From the NCBI GenBank assembly GCA_965240325.2, contig OZ251240.1, positions 62,001 through 126,000 on the forward strand: a stretch of DNA of 64,000 bases. Reading direction: 5' to 3'. Source of the stretch: Rebecca billardiae RCC1528. Taxonomy: Eukaryota > Protista > Haptophyta. The notes beneath the pieces were generated by a model. That model was not told where the DNA came from and did not search any database. It saw only the letters and a program-made list of their open reading frames with translations. Position 1 is the stretch's first letter. Every line of letters begins with the position of its first letter. This document shows, piece after piece, positions 1 through 10,796 of this stretch. The translations under genes were made by a program, and so were the position numbers.

Positions 1-3000
1 ACACCGCAGCGCGCGTGGCCCGCGTTCGAGGGGAAGACGCCGAGGGCGTGCAAGGAGCGGCTGCTGCGGCTGAGGGAGGTCGTGGACAGGCTCGAGCCGC
101 GGCTGCTCGCGACGCTCTTCCCCGCCGACGCAGACGACGAGCTGCGCGAGCTCGTCCGACGCTGCGCCGATCCTGCCGAGCGCGCGCGCCTGTGTGAGGC
201 CGAGACGGGCGAGCTGCCGAGCGCGACTGCCGCACTGCGCGCGGCCACGGCCGGGATGCCCGAGGCGCACCGGGCGGAGGCGCTGCGGCTGCTGCGCGTC
301 GAGTTCGACACGGCGCAGCCCCCCGAGGCCGTCGATCGCGTCGACTACTCGCGCCCGCGCACGCGCCTCCTGCACGGCGTGTGGACGCCGCTCGAGCCAG
401 GCGCGCACTACGCGCCAGGCGCGCGCATAGATCGTCGCCGGCAGCGCGCGACCATTCCGCACGAGTTTTCGTTCACCGTGGTCCAGGAGCAGCTCATCCT
501 GTCGGCGTGCACGGCCGACACGATCGGTGACTGCACGTGCTGCGCGCGCCGGTGCCTTTTGCGCCTCGGCCCCGCCGTGAGCGCGAGCGCGACCGGCGCG
601 GCCGCGGGCAGCGGCGGAGACGGCGACGACGACTCGGGTGACGGGTCTGCGATGGGCGTTGGGGGCGCGGCGCGCCGCGACGCGGCGGCGGCCGGCGGCG
701 CGGGCGCGGCCGCGGGCGGCGGCGGAGGCGGCGGGGACTCGAGCGACGGCTCCGAGCCGCGCAGCTGCGGCGCGGAGGGCCGCGGCGCAGGGGCGGCCGG
801 CGGCGCTAGCGACGCGGGGCCGGGCCCGGCAGCAGGCAGCGGCGGAGACGGCGGTGACGCGAGCGACCGCACTGAGACGGGCGACTGCGGCGCGCCGGCA
901 ATCGGCGGCGACGGCGGCGCGAGGTGTGATGGCGCGGGTGGCGCGCACGGGCGCGGCGAGAACGCGTCGTGCTCCACGGCCGCGCTCGAGGTGTGCTCGG
1001 CGTGCGAGGCGTGCGTCCACGCCGATCAGTTCCTCGCGCCGCCCGCGCCGCGCGAGGCGATCACGGTCGCGGACGTGACGGCGGACACTACCATCGGCGC
1101 GATCGTGGCGGAGCTCTCGGCGGCGGTCGCGGCGGCGGGAGAGGGCGACGCGGCCAACGCGAGCGCGGTGCCTCCGCTGCGTCTCGTCCACGTCTCGCAC
1201 GACGGCGCCGGACGGACGACGATGCGCGAGCTGCCACCCGACAGCACGGCCGCCGACGCGGACCTGTTCAACCTCGCGCCCGAGGTGATCGTGACGACGT
1301 ACGCGATCGGCGACCAGTCGCTCTACGCGGTGCGGCGCCGCTCGGCGCACGCGGCGTACTACGCGGCGGTGGGGTCGGGCCTCGAGCACCTCTCCACCGT
1401 GCGCGCGCTCGCCGCCGAGCGCGAGCAGCTCGGCGGGAGCATGCAGCTCGACCTCGACGAGAAGCAGTGGGGGGCGCTCGCGGAGACGCTCGCGATGTAC
1501 GACGATCGGCCGTGCCGCGTGTGCTTCAGCTGCGGCACGATGATGTACGCGAAGGAGGCCAGGCGCGTCACCGTCGTCGGCGCCACCTCGCTCGAGTCGC
1601 TGCGCGCGTACCGCGTGTACCAGCCGTTCATCCGCGAGCTCGAGCGCGAGCACACCATGGTCGCCGCCGACCTCTTCAACTTTGCGCCGGACGAGGAGGC
1701 GGAGGGCAAGGAGCGCGCGTACGCGGCGCGCATGCTTCTGCAGAACAGCTACGACACGCGCCGTTCGCGGCGGCAGTACCACACCGCGTGGTCGTGCACG
1801 CCGTGCGCGCAGGCCACCAAGCTGCCGACCGAGCCGTTTGCGGTGCACACGACGTCGACGTCGCGCCTCGACCTGTGCGACGGCTTCACCTCGATGGAGG
1901 GCGAGCTCAAGCCCACCGGCCTGGGCGTGCCGCTGCCGCCCGCCCTCGCTGCGCTCACCGTCGAGGAGCGGCTCGCGCTGTCCGTGCTGAAGATGGAGTC
2001 CGCGCTCTTTCGAGGCTATGCGGGCAGGATGGGCAACGGCTACGACTCGATGGGCGGCGGCGGGTTGCTGCTGCCCGCTGACTTTGCGGGCTGGTCGGAC
2101 GTCATCCTGGCCTCTCGTCGCGAGGGCATGCCGTGCACCGATCGAGATCGCCGGCTGCGCGCCGCGCTGGACGAGCTGAAGCGCACGCACCCGCTCGTGC
2201 GCGACATGCTCGTGTGCCTCGAGCGCGAGCTGCTGCGCAACCTACGAGACCCGTTCCCGCCGGCCGAGGGCGCGCTCGGCGACCAGCTCGCCGCAAGCGG
2301 CCTGCCGATCGCCGACTATGAGGACGCGACGCTCGCCGATGCGGAGGCGGAGGCGGTCGACCCGGCGGCGCCGCCACCGCCGCGACCTAGCGGCGACGGC
2401 GTACCCTTCGCGTTCGAGGGCGTGCTCGAGTCGGGCGTCGAGCCCGACCCGCAGGCGCTGCTCGCGCACAACGCGCTTCGCCACCAGACGCTCGGCACGG
2501 TGGTCTCGCGCGCCGAGGCGGCGGCGGCCGAGGCGCAGCGCCGCCCGCCGCGCCCGGCGCCCTTCAGCGCGGTGGGCGAGCCGGCGACGGGCGCGTACGA
2601 CGGCACAGCGGATACGGCCGTGCTCACCGCGTGGTACCGGTACGGCCTCGGCGGTTGGCGCGAGCCCGACGTGCGCGAGCCCGAGCGCGGCGCCGAGGGC
2701 GCAGCCGACGATGACGACGCGGCGCTGCTGTGGGCGGCGTCGGCCGGAGGGCGCGCCGACGACGAGGCTTCGGACGGGGATCCGGACGACGCGCCGCCGC
2801 CGCCCGGCTGCCTCGGCAGCGACCGATATGGCGCGCGCAAGCGCCGTCACGTCTCCTTCGGCCACTACAAGCGCATTCGCCTCACGTCGCCCAACGTGCA
2901 GCTCGCGCGCGCGCCCGAGGTGCTCATGTATCTGCATCAGCGGACGAACAAGCGCGCGATGCACGCGGGCGGCGTGACGCTCGCGCAGGGCGACGTGGCG

Positions 3001-6000
3001 GCGAAGCTGACGCCCGAGCAGCTGGCGAAGCTCGATGGCGAGGTGCGCGAGCGCGCGCAGGCGCTCGACGGCGCCGCGCCCGGCGCTGCGCAGCACATCG
3101 CCACGGAGGAGACGTTTGGGCGGCGCGTCGGCAGCGCCGTCGTGGGGAGTTTGCGCTACTGGCGCGAGCGCTACCACCAGCTGATGGCGATGGCGGTGCA
3201 GTACCGCACACCGCAATACTTTGTGACGCTCACCGCGAACGAGTCGGGCTGGTGCGACCTCGCGAACGCCTGCTGGGGCCACCACCACGAAAAGGCGTAC
3301 GTCGAGGCGACGCGGCACTACCACCACCGGCTCGACCTGTTTCTCAAGCGCTACCTGAGTCGAGGCGTGCTCTCGCCGCTCGGCAAGATCACGCACACGT
3401 TTCTGCGCCACGAGGACCAGGCGCGCGGCTCGCTGCACGTGCACATGGCGGTGTGGGTCGAAGAACCGACTGCCGACCGCGCCGACGGCGCTGACGACGC
3501 GGCCGGCGACGCCGAGATGGGCGAGGCCGAGGGGGCGCCGCCGCGGTTGCGCGCCGATGACGAGCCGCCGCCGGGCATCGCCGCCATCACGCACTGTCTG
3601 CCGCGCGAGCCGCGCACGGCGGCGCAGCACGCTTGGCGCGAGTGCGTGCGCAGGTGGCAGACGCACGAGTGCGTGCCCAAGTGCACCCGCGGCAAGAAGG
3701 GCGCGACGCTGCGGCGTTGCAAGAGCGCGTACCCGTTCCCGCTCACGGTCGGCGCAGCCGGCTTGCGGCCGAACTCTCTCAACGCGCAAACCGGCCGCTT
3801 CGTGTACACCTGCGAGCGCGAGGAGGATCGGCGCATCTCGCCGTACGTCCCGCTCTGGCTCGCCGCATGGGGCGCGGCAATCAACGTGCAGGCCGTGCGC
3901 GGCGTCGTCTTCCTCAAGTACATCGCCAAGTACATCGCCAAGCCGGAGGGCACGGGCGCGACGCGCGAGACGAGCGGCATGCGCAGGCGCGCCGGACGCT
4001 CGGCGCTCAGCCGGCAGCTGCGCTTCACCAACCGCGTGGTCGCCGCGCCCGAGATGGTGACGCGCACGCTCGGGCTGGCGATCGCTCGCGGCGAGGGCGC
4101 GATGCGGCTGCCGACCGCGCTGCCCGAGCGCCGCATGCGCGGCCTCAAACGTGGCGGCGCCGTCGACGCCGGCGACACGCGATGGAGCGATGGGCCGATC
4201 GAGGCTTACCAGCGCCGACCGCGCGTGCTGCAGAGCTTCACGTACCCGGCGTTCCACGCGCGGTACCAGGTCAAGCCGTACGCGCAGCTCAGCGACGCGC
4301 AGCGCGCCGACGCGTTGCCCTGCCTGCTGCGCGCGGACGAGTACGCGCGCCGACGGCAGGACGTCACCCCCGCCGAGCGCGTCGTCCCTCCGTTGGGCGC
4401 AGAGGCGGCCACGCGCGCGCGGCAGCAGCTCGAGCGCGAGAACGCGCTCGCGATCGAGGCGGGCGCCGCGGCGGACGAGGAGATCCTGCCGTACCGCGAG
4501 CCGACCTCGCGCACGCCGCCCACGCCCGGCTCGCTCTTCGTCGTCGCGCGCGCGAAGGAGATTGGCATCATCACCGACTTCCGCCTGCCGACCACGCACG
4601 GCGATGGGTACTTCTATCAGACTCTGCTGCTCAACGTGCCGTTCCGCGACAGCTCGCCCAGCGCGTTCATCAGCTCGCGGCCGCGCGCGGCCGGCACGGT
4701 GAACGAGAGCGGCTCGCTCGACGAGGAGTGCGTGCTCCGCGGGCTGCTGCCAGGCGGCCGCTGCGCCGACGCCGTCGAGGCCGACGCCGCGGCGCGGCTG
4801 CAGACAGACGACGAGCGCGATCGGCATTTGCAGGAGGCGCGGGACTACGATATGCTGCGCGAGCTCGTGCCAAGCTTCGGGGCCGCGACGCACGGCGCCC
4901 GCGGCGCGCGCGCAGGCGACGCGGGCGCGCAGACGGCGGCGCCGACTGACGAGGCGTTGCGGCTCGAAGCTTTGCGCGCGGCCGCCGCGCACGCCAACGC
5001 GGCACGGCCGACGCCCGCGCAGCTCGCAGCCGATCCGGACGGCGCGGACGGCGTGCGCGCCGCGCCGGGCGGCCACTTCTGGGACGAGCATCGCCGCCAT
5101 GCCATGTCCTGCACATGGCGGCTCACCTCCGACCAGTACGACGCGTACGCGCTGCTGCGCGATGCGGGTACGCGGCAAATTAACGCGTTCCTCTCCGGCG
5201 AGGGCGGCACGGGCAAGACGCTGCTGCTCCGGCTGCTTGTGAGCTGCTGGAGGCGGCGCGGCCACCGCGTGATCGTGACGGCGTCGAGCGCGAAGGCGGC
5301 GCGGCTGATCGACGGCGAGACCGTGCACTCGGCGCTCGGCATCACCACCTCCGGCCGCTTCAACCCGCGCTGCGTCAAGCCCGCGTCAAAGCGCGCGCTC
5401 GAGCTCGCGCGCGCCGACATCGTCGTCATCGACGAAGTCTCGATGCTGAACGCGTCCACGCTCACGGCGGTCAGCAGCGCGCTCACGTACGCGATGACGC
5501 AGGGCACGAGCCGGTTCTGCGCGCACGCGTTTGGCGGCAAGTCGATCGTCGTCGCCGGCGATCTGCACCAGCTCCCCGCGGTCGAGAACCCGAGGCTAGC
5601 CGATCAGGTGATCGATTCGCCGCTGTGGCCGCGCTTCCGGCTCGTCGAGCTGCGCGAGATGTGTCGCACGGACAACGCGGCCTGGGCGGCCACCCTCTCG
5701 CGGGTGCGGCTCGGCCACCAGCACCTGACCGCGGCCGACCGCGCGCTGCTCGAGCAGCGCGTGTGCGCCGCGCACTGCGCGTGCGCGGGGCTGCACGCCT
5801 TCGAGGATCGTGTGGTGGTCCGCGCGGACGAGCTCGCCGCGCGCAAGGCGGGCGCTCCCGCGCCTGAGGCGCATGCGTACGAGCGCAGCCACTGCCCAGT
5901 GACGCACGACGCGATCATCCTCGCGGCGCTGCGTCGCAAGGTGGACGAGCTCGCCGACGTGTACGGCTCCGCCCCCGTCGACGCCATCGACCGCGGCGTC

Positions 6001-7110
6001 TCGCTCGCCCTCGCCCGCGACCGCACCGAATCCGGGGGCGAGGTGCCCGCGCTCGCGGCTGACGACGTCGACCGCAAGTTTCGAACGCTCCCACGCCGGC
6101 TCGAGCCGTACGTGGGCGCGCAGGTCGTGCTCACGCACAACCGCAAGCGCGTCGTGGGCGGGCAGCACATTAACGGCGAGCTCGGCACCATCGTCAACAT
6201 GCGCTTCACCTCGGGCGGCCAGCAGCTCGGCCCGAGCGAGCTCATCTTCCGCCCCGACGGCGCCCCCGAGGATGGCTCCTTGGATGTCATCGTGAATCGA
6301 CTCACGCTCACGCGCTCGGTGCGGCAAGTGGGGCGCGTGCGGCGCACGCAATTCCCGGTGCAGCCGGCGCGGGCCGTGACGGTGCACCGCGTGCAGGGCG
6401 CGACGCTCGCGTGCCCGACGCACGTGCTGCTCAACGCCGAGTTCTTCGCGCCGGGCATGGCCTACGTCGCGCTCTCGCGCGTGCGCGACCCGTCGCTGCT
6501 TCATCTCTGGGCACTCGACTACGACACCATCATCGCCGACCCGCGCGTGATCGCGCAGTACGAGCAGCTGCGCGCGCGCCCGCTCACGCGCGCGCTGGTC
6601 GATGGCGCGCGCGATCGCTCGGGCGACGTGCACGGCGGCGGCGCGGCTGTCGGCATGCTCCGCTTTGGCCTGCAGCTGCAGGCCGATCGCGACGAGGCCG
6701 CGCTCCGGCGCGCGCTGCGCGCTGGGACGGCGCCGCACGGCGCGACACCGGCGCGGCTGATCCGCAGCCTTCCCGCCACCGGCGACGCGGCGGTGCAGAT
6801 GCGTGCGCCGCCGATCGTGCCGCCATCTGGCTGGGCGTCGGACGTGTCGAGCGACGACGACGACGACGGCACGTCACTCGGCGGCTTCATCGATTGGGAC
6901 GACTACTCATCCGACGGCGCGAGCGACGACGCGTCTGCCTCCGAATCGGGCGGCGAGTCGGCTTCGTCGGACGACGACGTGGAGCCGGATGACGGCGTGC
7001 GCGTCCGGTGTCTGCCGCACGAGCGCCGTGCGCGGGCCGCACGCGAGCTCGCGCTCAACCACCGCGCGCGCACGGCCGCAGCCCGCCGTGCTCGGCGCGC
7101 AGACGCCTGA
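1..7110 (+). CDS. Helentron/Helitron2-type Rep-helicase (HUH Y2 endonuclease + PIF1-like SF1B helicase), 5'-partial
   Basis: Frame is open from base 1. Rep motifs QYFVTLTAN, EDQARGSLHVH (HUH, RGS form) and KYIAKYIAK. Helicase motifs GEGGTGKT, IDEVSML, FGGKSIVVAGDLHQLPAV, RTQFPVQPARAVTVHRVQG and GMAYVALSRV. N-terminal Cys clusters and a PPALAALTVEERLALS segment. Confidence 0.95.
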   Translation, partial: TPQRAWPAFEGKTPRACKERLLRLREVVDRLEPRLLATLFPADADDELRELVRRCADPAERARLCEAETGELPSATAALRAATAGMPEAHRAEALRLLRVEFDTAQPPEAVDRVDYSRPRTRLLHGVWTPLEPGAHYAPGARIDRRRQRATIPHEFSFTVVQEQLILSACTADTIGDCTCCARRCLLRLGPAVSASATGAAAGSGGDGDDDSGDGSAMGVGGAARRDAAAAGGAGAAAGGGGGGGDSSDGSEPRSCGAEGRGAGAAGGASDAGPGPAAGSGGDGGDASDRTETGDCGAPAIGGDGGARCDGAGGAHGRGENASCSTAALEVCSACEACVHADQFLAPPAPREAITVADVTADTTIGAIVAELSAAVAAAGEGDAANASAVPPLRLVHVSHDGAGRTTMRELPPDSTAADADLFNLAPEVIVTTYAIGDQSLYAVRRRSAHAAYYAAVGSGLEHLSTVRALAAEREQLGGSMQLDLDEKQWGALAETLAMYDDRPCRVCFSCGTMMYAKEARRVTVVGATSLESLRAYRVYQPFIRELEREHTMVAADLFNFAPDEEAEGKERAYAARMLLQNSYDTRRSRRQYHTAWSCTPCAQATKLPTEPFAVHTTSTSRLDLCDGFTSMEGELKPTGLGVPLPPALAALTVEERLALSVLKMESALFRGYAGRMGNGYDSMGGGGLLLPADFAGWSDVILASRREGMPCTDRDRRLRAALDELKRTHPLVRDMLVCLERELLRNLRDPFPPAEGALGDQLAASGLPIADYEDATLADAEAEAVDPAAPPPPRPSGDGVPFAFEGVLESGVEPDPQALLAHNALRHQTLGTVVSRAEAAAAEAQRRPPRPAPFSAVGEPATGAYDGTADTAVLTAWYRYGLGGWREPDVREPERGAEGAADDDDAALLWAASAGGRADDEASDGDPDDAPPPPGCLGSDRYGARKRRHVSFGHYKRIRLTSPNVQLARAPEVLMYLHQRTNKRAMHAGGVTLAQGDVAAKLTPEQLAKLDGEVRERAQALDGAAPGAAQHIATEETFGRRVGSAVVGSLRYWRERYHQLMAMAVQYRTPQYFVTLTANESGWCDLANACWGHHHEKAYVEATRHYHHRLDLFLKRYLSRGVLSPLGKITHTFLRHEDQARGSLHVHMAVWVEEPTADRADGADDAAGDAEMGEAEGAPPRLRADDEPPPGIAAITHCLPREPRTAAQHAWRECVRRWQTHECVPKCTRGKKGATLRRCKSAYPFPLTVGAAGLRPNSLNAQTGRFVYTCEREEDRRISPYVPLWLAAWGAAINVQAVRGVVFLKYIAKYIAKPEGTGATRETSGMRRRAGRSALSRQLRFTNRVVAAPEMVTRTLGLAIARGEGAMRLPTALPERRMRGLKRGGAVDAGDTRWSDGPIEAYQRRPRVLQSFTYPAFHARYQVKPYAQLSDAQRADALPCLLRADEYARRRQDVTPAERVVPPLGAEAATRARQQLERENALAIEAGAAADEEILPYREPTSRTPPTPGSLFVVARAKEIGIITDFRLPTTHGDGYFYQTLLLNVPFRDSSPSAFISSRPRAAGTVNESGSLDEECVLRGLLPGGRCADAVEADAAARLQTDDERDRHLQEARDYDMLRELVPSFGAATHGARGARAGDAGAQTAAPTDEALRLEALRAAAAHANAARPTPAQLAADPDGADGVRAAPGGHFWDEHRRHAMSCTWRLTSDQYDAYALLRDAGTRQINAFLSGEGGTGKTLLLRLLVSCWRRRGHRVIVTASSAKAARLIDGETVHSALGITTSGRFNPRCVKPASKRALELARADIVVIDEVSMLNASTLTAVSSALTYAMTQGTSRFCAHAFGGKSIVVAGDLHQLPAVENPRLADQVIDSPLWPRFRLVELREMCRTDNAAWAATLSRVRLGHQHLTAADRALLEQRVCAAHCACAGLHAFEDRVVVRADELAARKAGAPAPEAHAYERSHCPVTHDAIILAALRRKVDELADVYGSAPVDAIDRGVSLALARDRTESGGEVPALAADDVDRKFRTLPRRLEPYVGAQVVLTHNRKRVVGGQHINGELGTIVNMRFTSGGQQLGPSELIFRPDGAPEDGSLDVIVNRLTLTRSVRQVGRVRRTQFPVQPARAVTVHRVQGATLACPTHVLLNAEFFAPGMAYVALSRVRDPSLLHLWALDYDTIIADPRVIAQYEQLRARPLTRALVDGARDRSGDVHGGGAAVGMLRFGLQLQADRDEAALRRALRAGTAPHGATPARLIRSLPATGDAAVQMRAPPIVPPSGWASDVSSDDDDDGTSLGGFIDWDDYSSDGASDDASASESGGESASSDDDVEPDDGVRVRCLPHERRARAARELALNHRARTAAARRARRADA

Positions 7111-7857
7111 GGGGCACAGGCCGCGACACGGGCGCTTTGCGGGGCCGGCGACGGCCGACGGTGTGGTGCTCTCGTTAGCCAAGTGCTGGCGCGAGTGCAT
7201 CGCGCCGACAGTCACGCGCCAAGCTGTGTGGCTGCTCGCGTGCGACTGAGCTGGTGACATGTCACTCCGGACCGGACGGGCGCACGATCAGTCACCCGTT
7301 AGCGAAGTGCTCGCGCGGGGGCATCGGGCCGAACGTCTCAGGTGGCGTCTAATGAGCGGCGTGTAGGCCCTACGTCGGCGCCACGAAGGGTGCGTCGGTC
7401 CGACCGCACCGTACGCACGCGCAACTCGCGGGGGGCGGCTGTCCAGTCCGCCGCCATCGTGTACACTAAGTACGGTCCTGCCGCTGCCTCAACGTGCTGC
7501 CGTCGGACCAGTCGGACCGGACCAAACCGACGAAATAATATGAGCAGCGCACCTTGTCCGGTAAGCTACGGAATCGCCGTTTGCTCACGGGAGTGCGTTC
7601 GCTCGTCCGTCTTCATGCAAAGGCAACCGCGCCATCAGCAGCGCCGCCCACGAATCAGCGGCCGGCCGCACAATCGCGCGCCCAGCTCGGCGAATCAGGT
7701 CGCGCATCCATCCAGTCTGATGCGCATCGAGTTTCGGCAAAGCAGCGTGCGTCGCTTGGCTCGCTTCGTGTTCCTTCGCCGATTGCACACCCACACCTGC
7801 AGAAGTGCTGCTGCTCCTCTCAACCTGTTCCGACCCCCTTTGTGCGGCGACGGCACC

Positions 7858-9776
7858 ATGTCCAAGGCGCCCGCCGACGGCGACGGCTCATCGTCGCGTC
7901 CCGAGAATGACTACACCAACCGCCCGCCTCAGCTCCGCCCGGCGCTCGCCCAGCTCGGCGCTGCCGTCAACCCGCCACCTGCTGCGACGCCCACGCCGTC
8001 CGTCGCGGCGACGCAGCGGCCGCCGCGTTCGCGCCTCATCGACGCCCTGCTCATCGTGCTCGCCGCCGCGGCCACGTCGGCGGCCGTGACGGGCATCATG
8101 ACGGGTCCGACGCCGACGACCACGCCGCCCGCGCCCGCGACCATTGTCGGCGCGGCCGTCCCCCCCGCTCCTCCGCCCGCGGCCAACGTGATCCCTCCTG
8201 CCGGCTTGGCCAGTCCGGCCGCGCCCCCCCCAGGCGCCAACCTCGACTCGGTCGTCGGTTCGGGGGCGTCCAACCTCAACTCGGTCGTCGGCACGGCAGC
8301 CCACCCCGTCCATCCCCCGCCGCCCACCCGCCTCCGCCGTCGCATCGAGGCGACCTCATCCGACAAGGAGAATGACGACGCACCCGTCGCTGTCGTGGAC
8401 ACGCCCGATGCTGCTGCTACTGCCGGCGACGCCGCAGTTGCCAGCGAGCAGCAGGGCCTGATCCCGGACGAGGGCGCGTACGACGCGGCGCTCGCCACTC
8501 CAACTGCTCAGCCGCAGCAGGCGCCGACCGCCGGCGCGCAGCGCAAGCGTCCGATTGGCTCCGCGTCCAACGCGCAGCGCAAGCAGCCCGCGCGTGCGCC
8601 AACCACCGACGCGCAGCCAGTGCCGGCCCAGGCCATGCCGCAGGGCTTCGTCGCGTTCGGCACCCCCGTGCGCGGCGCGCCCACCGCCGGCGGTGCGGGG
8701 CCGAGCGCGCAGCCGGCGCCAACCACGACCGCGCCGTCCACGGCCGCCGCGATGATGGCGCCACGCCACGCCAACGGCGCCGGACCGAGCGCGCTGCCCG
8801 CCGCTGCGACCGCCGCACCATTCAACAACATGGCGGCCGCTACCCCGCCGCCCTTGGCGACCGGTACCATGGCGCGTATGTTCGCCATGGCCCAGGAGCA
8901 GCCGCTCACGATCGCAGTGCAGCCCGGCGCGCCGCGCAACACCGGCAACTTCATCCTCACGACCGAGCTGCTGAACGTCACGCGCAGCAAGCGCATCACA
9001 CTTTTTGCGGACGACGCTGAGCAGCATCCGTCGGAGGTGAGGGCACCGTGCCGCGCCGGCGCGCCGCGCACGCGTCACCCGCTCGGCGCCAATCTGAGAC
9101 ACGCGCGCCCCGCCTGGCCCCACCGCGCGCACGCATTCGCGCGCAGGCGATGCTTTTTGTCGCCCGCTTCAACGAGCCGGGTCAGGATTCCTGGGAGCTT
9201 CGTCGCTTTGTGCAGCGCCAGTGCCTATCCTGGGCGGTCCGCATGTACGAGTATATCTGCCCGATCACGGACGCGGACGCGAAGAACTCCAAAAATCCGT
9301 TTTGGTTCGGTTCGTCGTTTCGGTGCCAATCGGTGGAGAAGCCCGGCTTCGGCTGCGCCTACTTCGGGTTCCAGCCGCGCTCCATCCTCGCGATTCACGA
9401 GTTCGAGAACATCCTCGACCGTCTCTACCCGGGCCAAGTCCTGCACCTCCCGTACGGGACGGACACGCTGCTGCGCGCGGTGCAGCCCAACCAGCACGCG
9501 CTGAACGCGCGCTCGGTGCAGAACGAGGGCGGCGTCTTCGTGCACCTCGAGGGCGTCGAGGTGCTGCGCTGGTACCGCGCGCGCGTCATCACCCGCATCG
9601 CGGCCGCCGACTCCGGCGTGCAGCTCTTCACGATGCCGGGCGCCAGCTCTGACGAGCTGCACTTTGTCGCCGAGGACGTGAACAGCGCGCAGGCCATCGT
9701 GATGTACATCATCAACGAGCTCGGCGTCAACGTGCGCGTCGCGGGCGTCATCAGCGGCGACGTGGTCGAGCCGTGA
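7858..9776 (+). CDS. Hypothetical protein, 2 exons (7858-9036, 9147-9776); low-complexity N-terminus with a hydrophobic segment, globular C-terminus
   Basis: ATG at 7858. A phase-0 GT-AG intron (9037-9146) joins QHPSE to AMLFVARFNEPG. Coding-like GC3 bias. Confidence 0.75.
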
Positions 9777-9903
9777 GCGCTATACGCCGCGCTGAGCGCG
9801 CGCCACGCCGCCTCCTTCTCCTCCTCGCCGTCGCGCTTGCTCACGACGATCCGCGGTGCCGTCTGGCCGCGCAGCCGCAGCGACGCGAGCATGCGCGCGC
9901 TCA

Positions 9904-10027
9904 GCACGGACGCGCGGCGGGCGACGGGGGCGAAGGCGGCGCCGTCGGCGGTCGAGCAGGCGAGGGCACGGACGCGCGGCGGGCGACGGGGGCGAAGGCG
10001 GCGCCGTCGGCGGTCGAGCAGGCGAGG
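9904..10027 (+). repeat. Tandem duplication, 2 x 62 bp
   Basis: gcacggacgcgcggcgggcgacggggg...gagcaggcgagg occurs at 9904 and 9966. Confidence 0.9.
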
Positions 10028-10429
10028 GCCGTGCCGCGATGCTCGGCGCCGAGCGCGGCCGAAGGCGGCGCATTCTCCGCGGCGCCGCCGTCACCCCAGC
10101 CCTCGTCGCCGCCCTCGTCGCCGCGCGGGCCGGCGAGGGCCTCGGCGGCGCGCGCGCCCGCGGCGGCCGCGGCCAGCTCGCCGAGATGCGCGTCGGCGGC
10201 GGCCCAGCCGAGAAAGCGTCGGTCCTGGAGCGCACGCACCGCACCGGTGATGCCCCAGTTGCCGATGTGCGTCGTCGCCAGCCGCAGCTGCGCCGGGCCG
10301 AGCTGCTCGCACGCCGAGAGCTTGGACAGCAGACCCCGTAGCGCGACGCGCGCGCCCTTGTGGGCGCCCGCCGCCGACGCGCCTGACGGCCCGTATTACT
10401 GATCAGTCATTAATCATCGGCTTTCCTTC

Positions 10430-10632
10430 TCGGGAAAAGTACCGTTGGTGGCACGTCTTCGCCGAAAAATTGGTACCGTTGGTGGCGGGTACCGTTGGTG
10501 GCACTCCAGCCAAAATTTGGGCCCTTTGGTGGCAGGGCGGCCGCGTGCCGAAACTTTTGTGCCCGGCCGCGGGCGTTAAAGTTTCGCCATCGACAGCGCG
10601 AAGTCGGGAAAGTGGCCATGATGGGAACCACT
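10430..10632. repeat. Short repeat cluster (GTACCGTTGGTGGC x3) with hairpins; putative transposon terminus
   Basis: Motif at about 10439, 10473 and 10489. tcgggaaa(a)gt at 10430 and 10604. Bulged hairpin aagtgg-cca-tga-tgg-gaa-ccactt at about 10610-10633. Confidence 0.6.
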
Positions 10633-10796
10633 TATTCCTTACTTTACGACTGTACAGTACAAGTAGTACAACGACGAGAACGCCGAACGCCAACGCCGAA
10701 AAATTAAACCTGCCCGTGCGTGATGCGTCCGCCCCAACCACGTCACGTCCCACGATGCATGGCGGCCTCCCGGCAGCAGTCTGGAGGGTCGATGCC

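Larger units (their letters stand above)
1..10640 (+). mobile_element. Autonomous Helitron2/Helentron-like element (right boundary tentative; may carry the 7858-9776 gene)
   Basis: RepHel ORF plus a repeat/hairpin cluster at 10430-10632 taken as the putative terminus. The left end is outside the window. Confidence 0.5.

Noticed and set aside
2242-5328. Very long antisense/alternate-frame ORFs (also 25233-29412, 51813-54463, 16477-18960)
   Set aside because: Arg/Ala/Gly-rich shadows of real genes, caused by stop-codon scarcity at very high GC; no motifs.
10439-10503. CRISPR-like array
   Set aside because: Only three 14-bp repeats with irregular 2-20 bp spacing, no cas genes, eukaryotic context.
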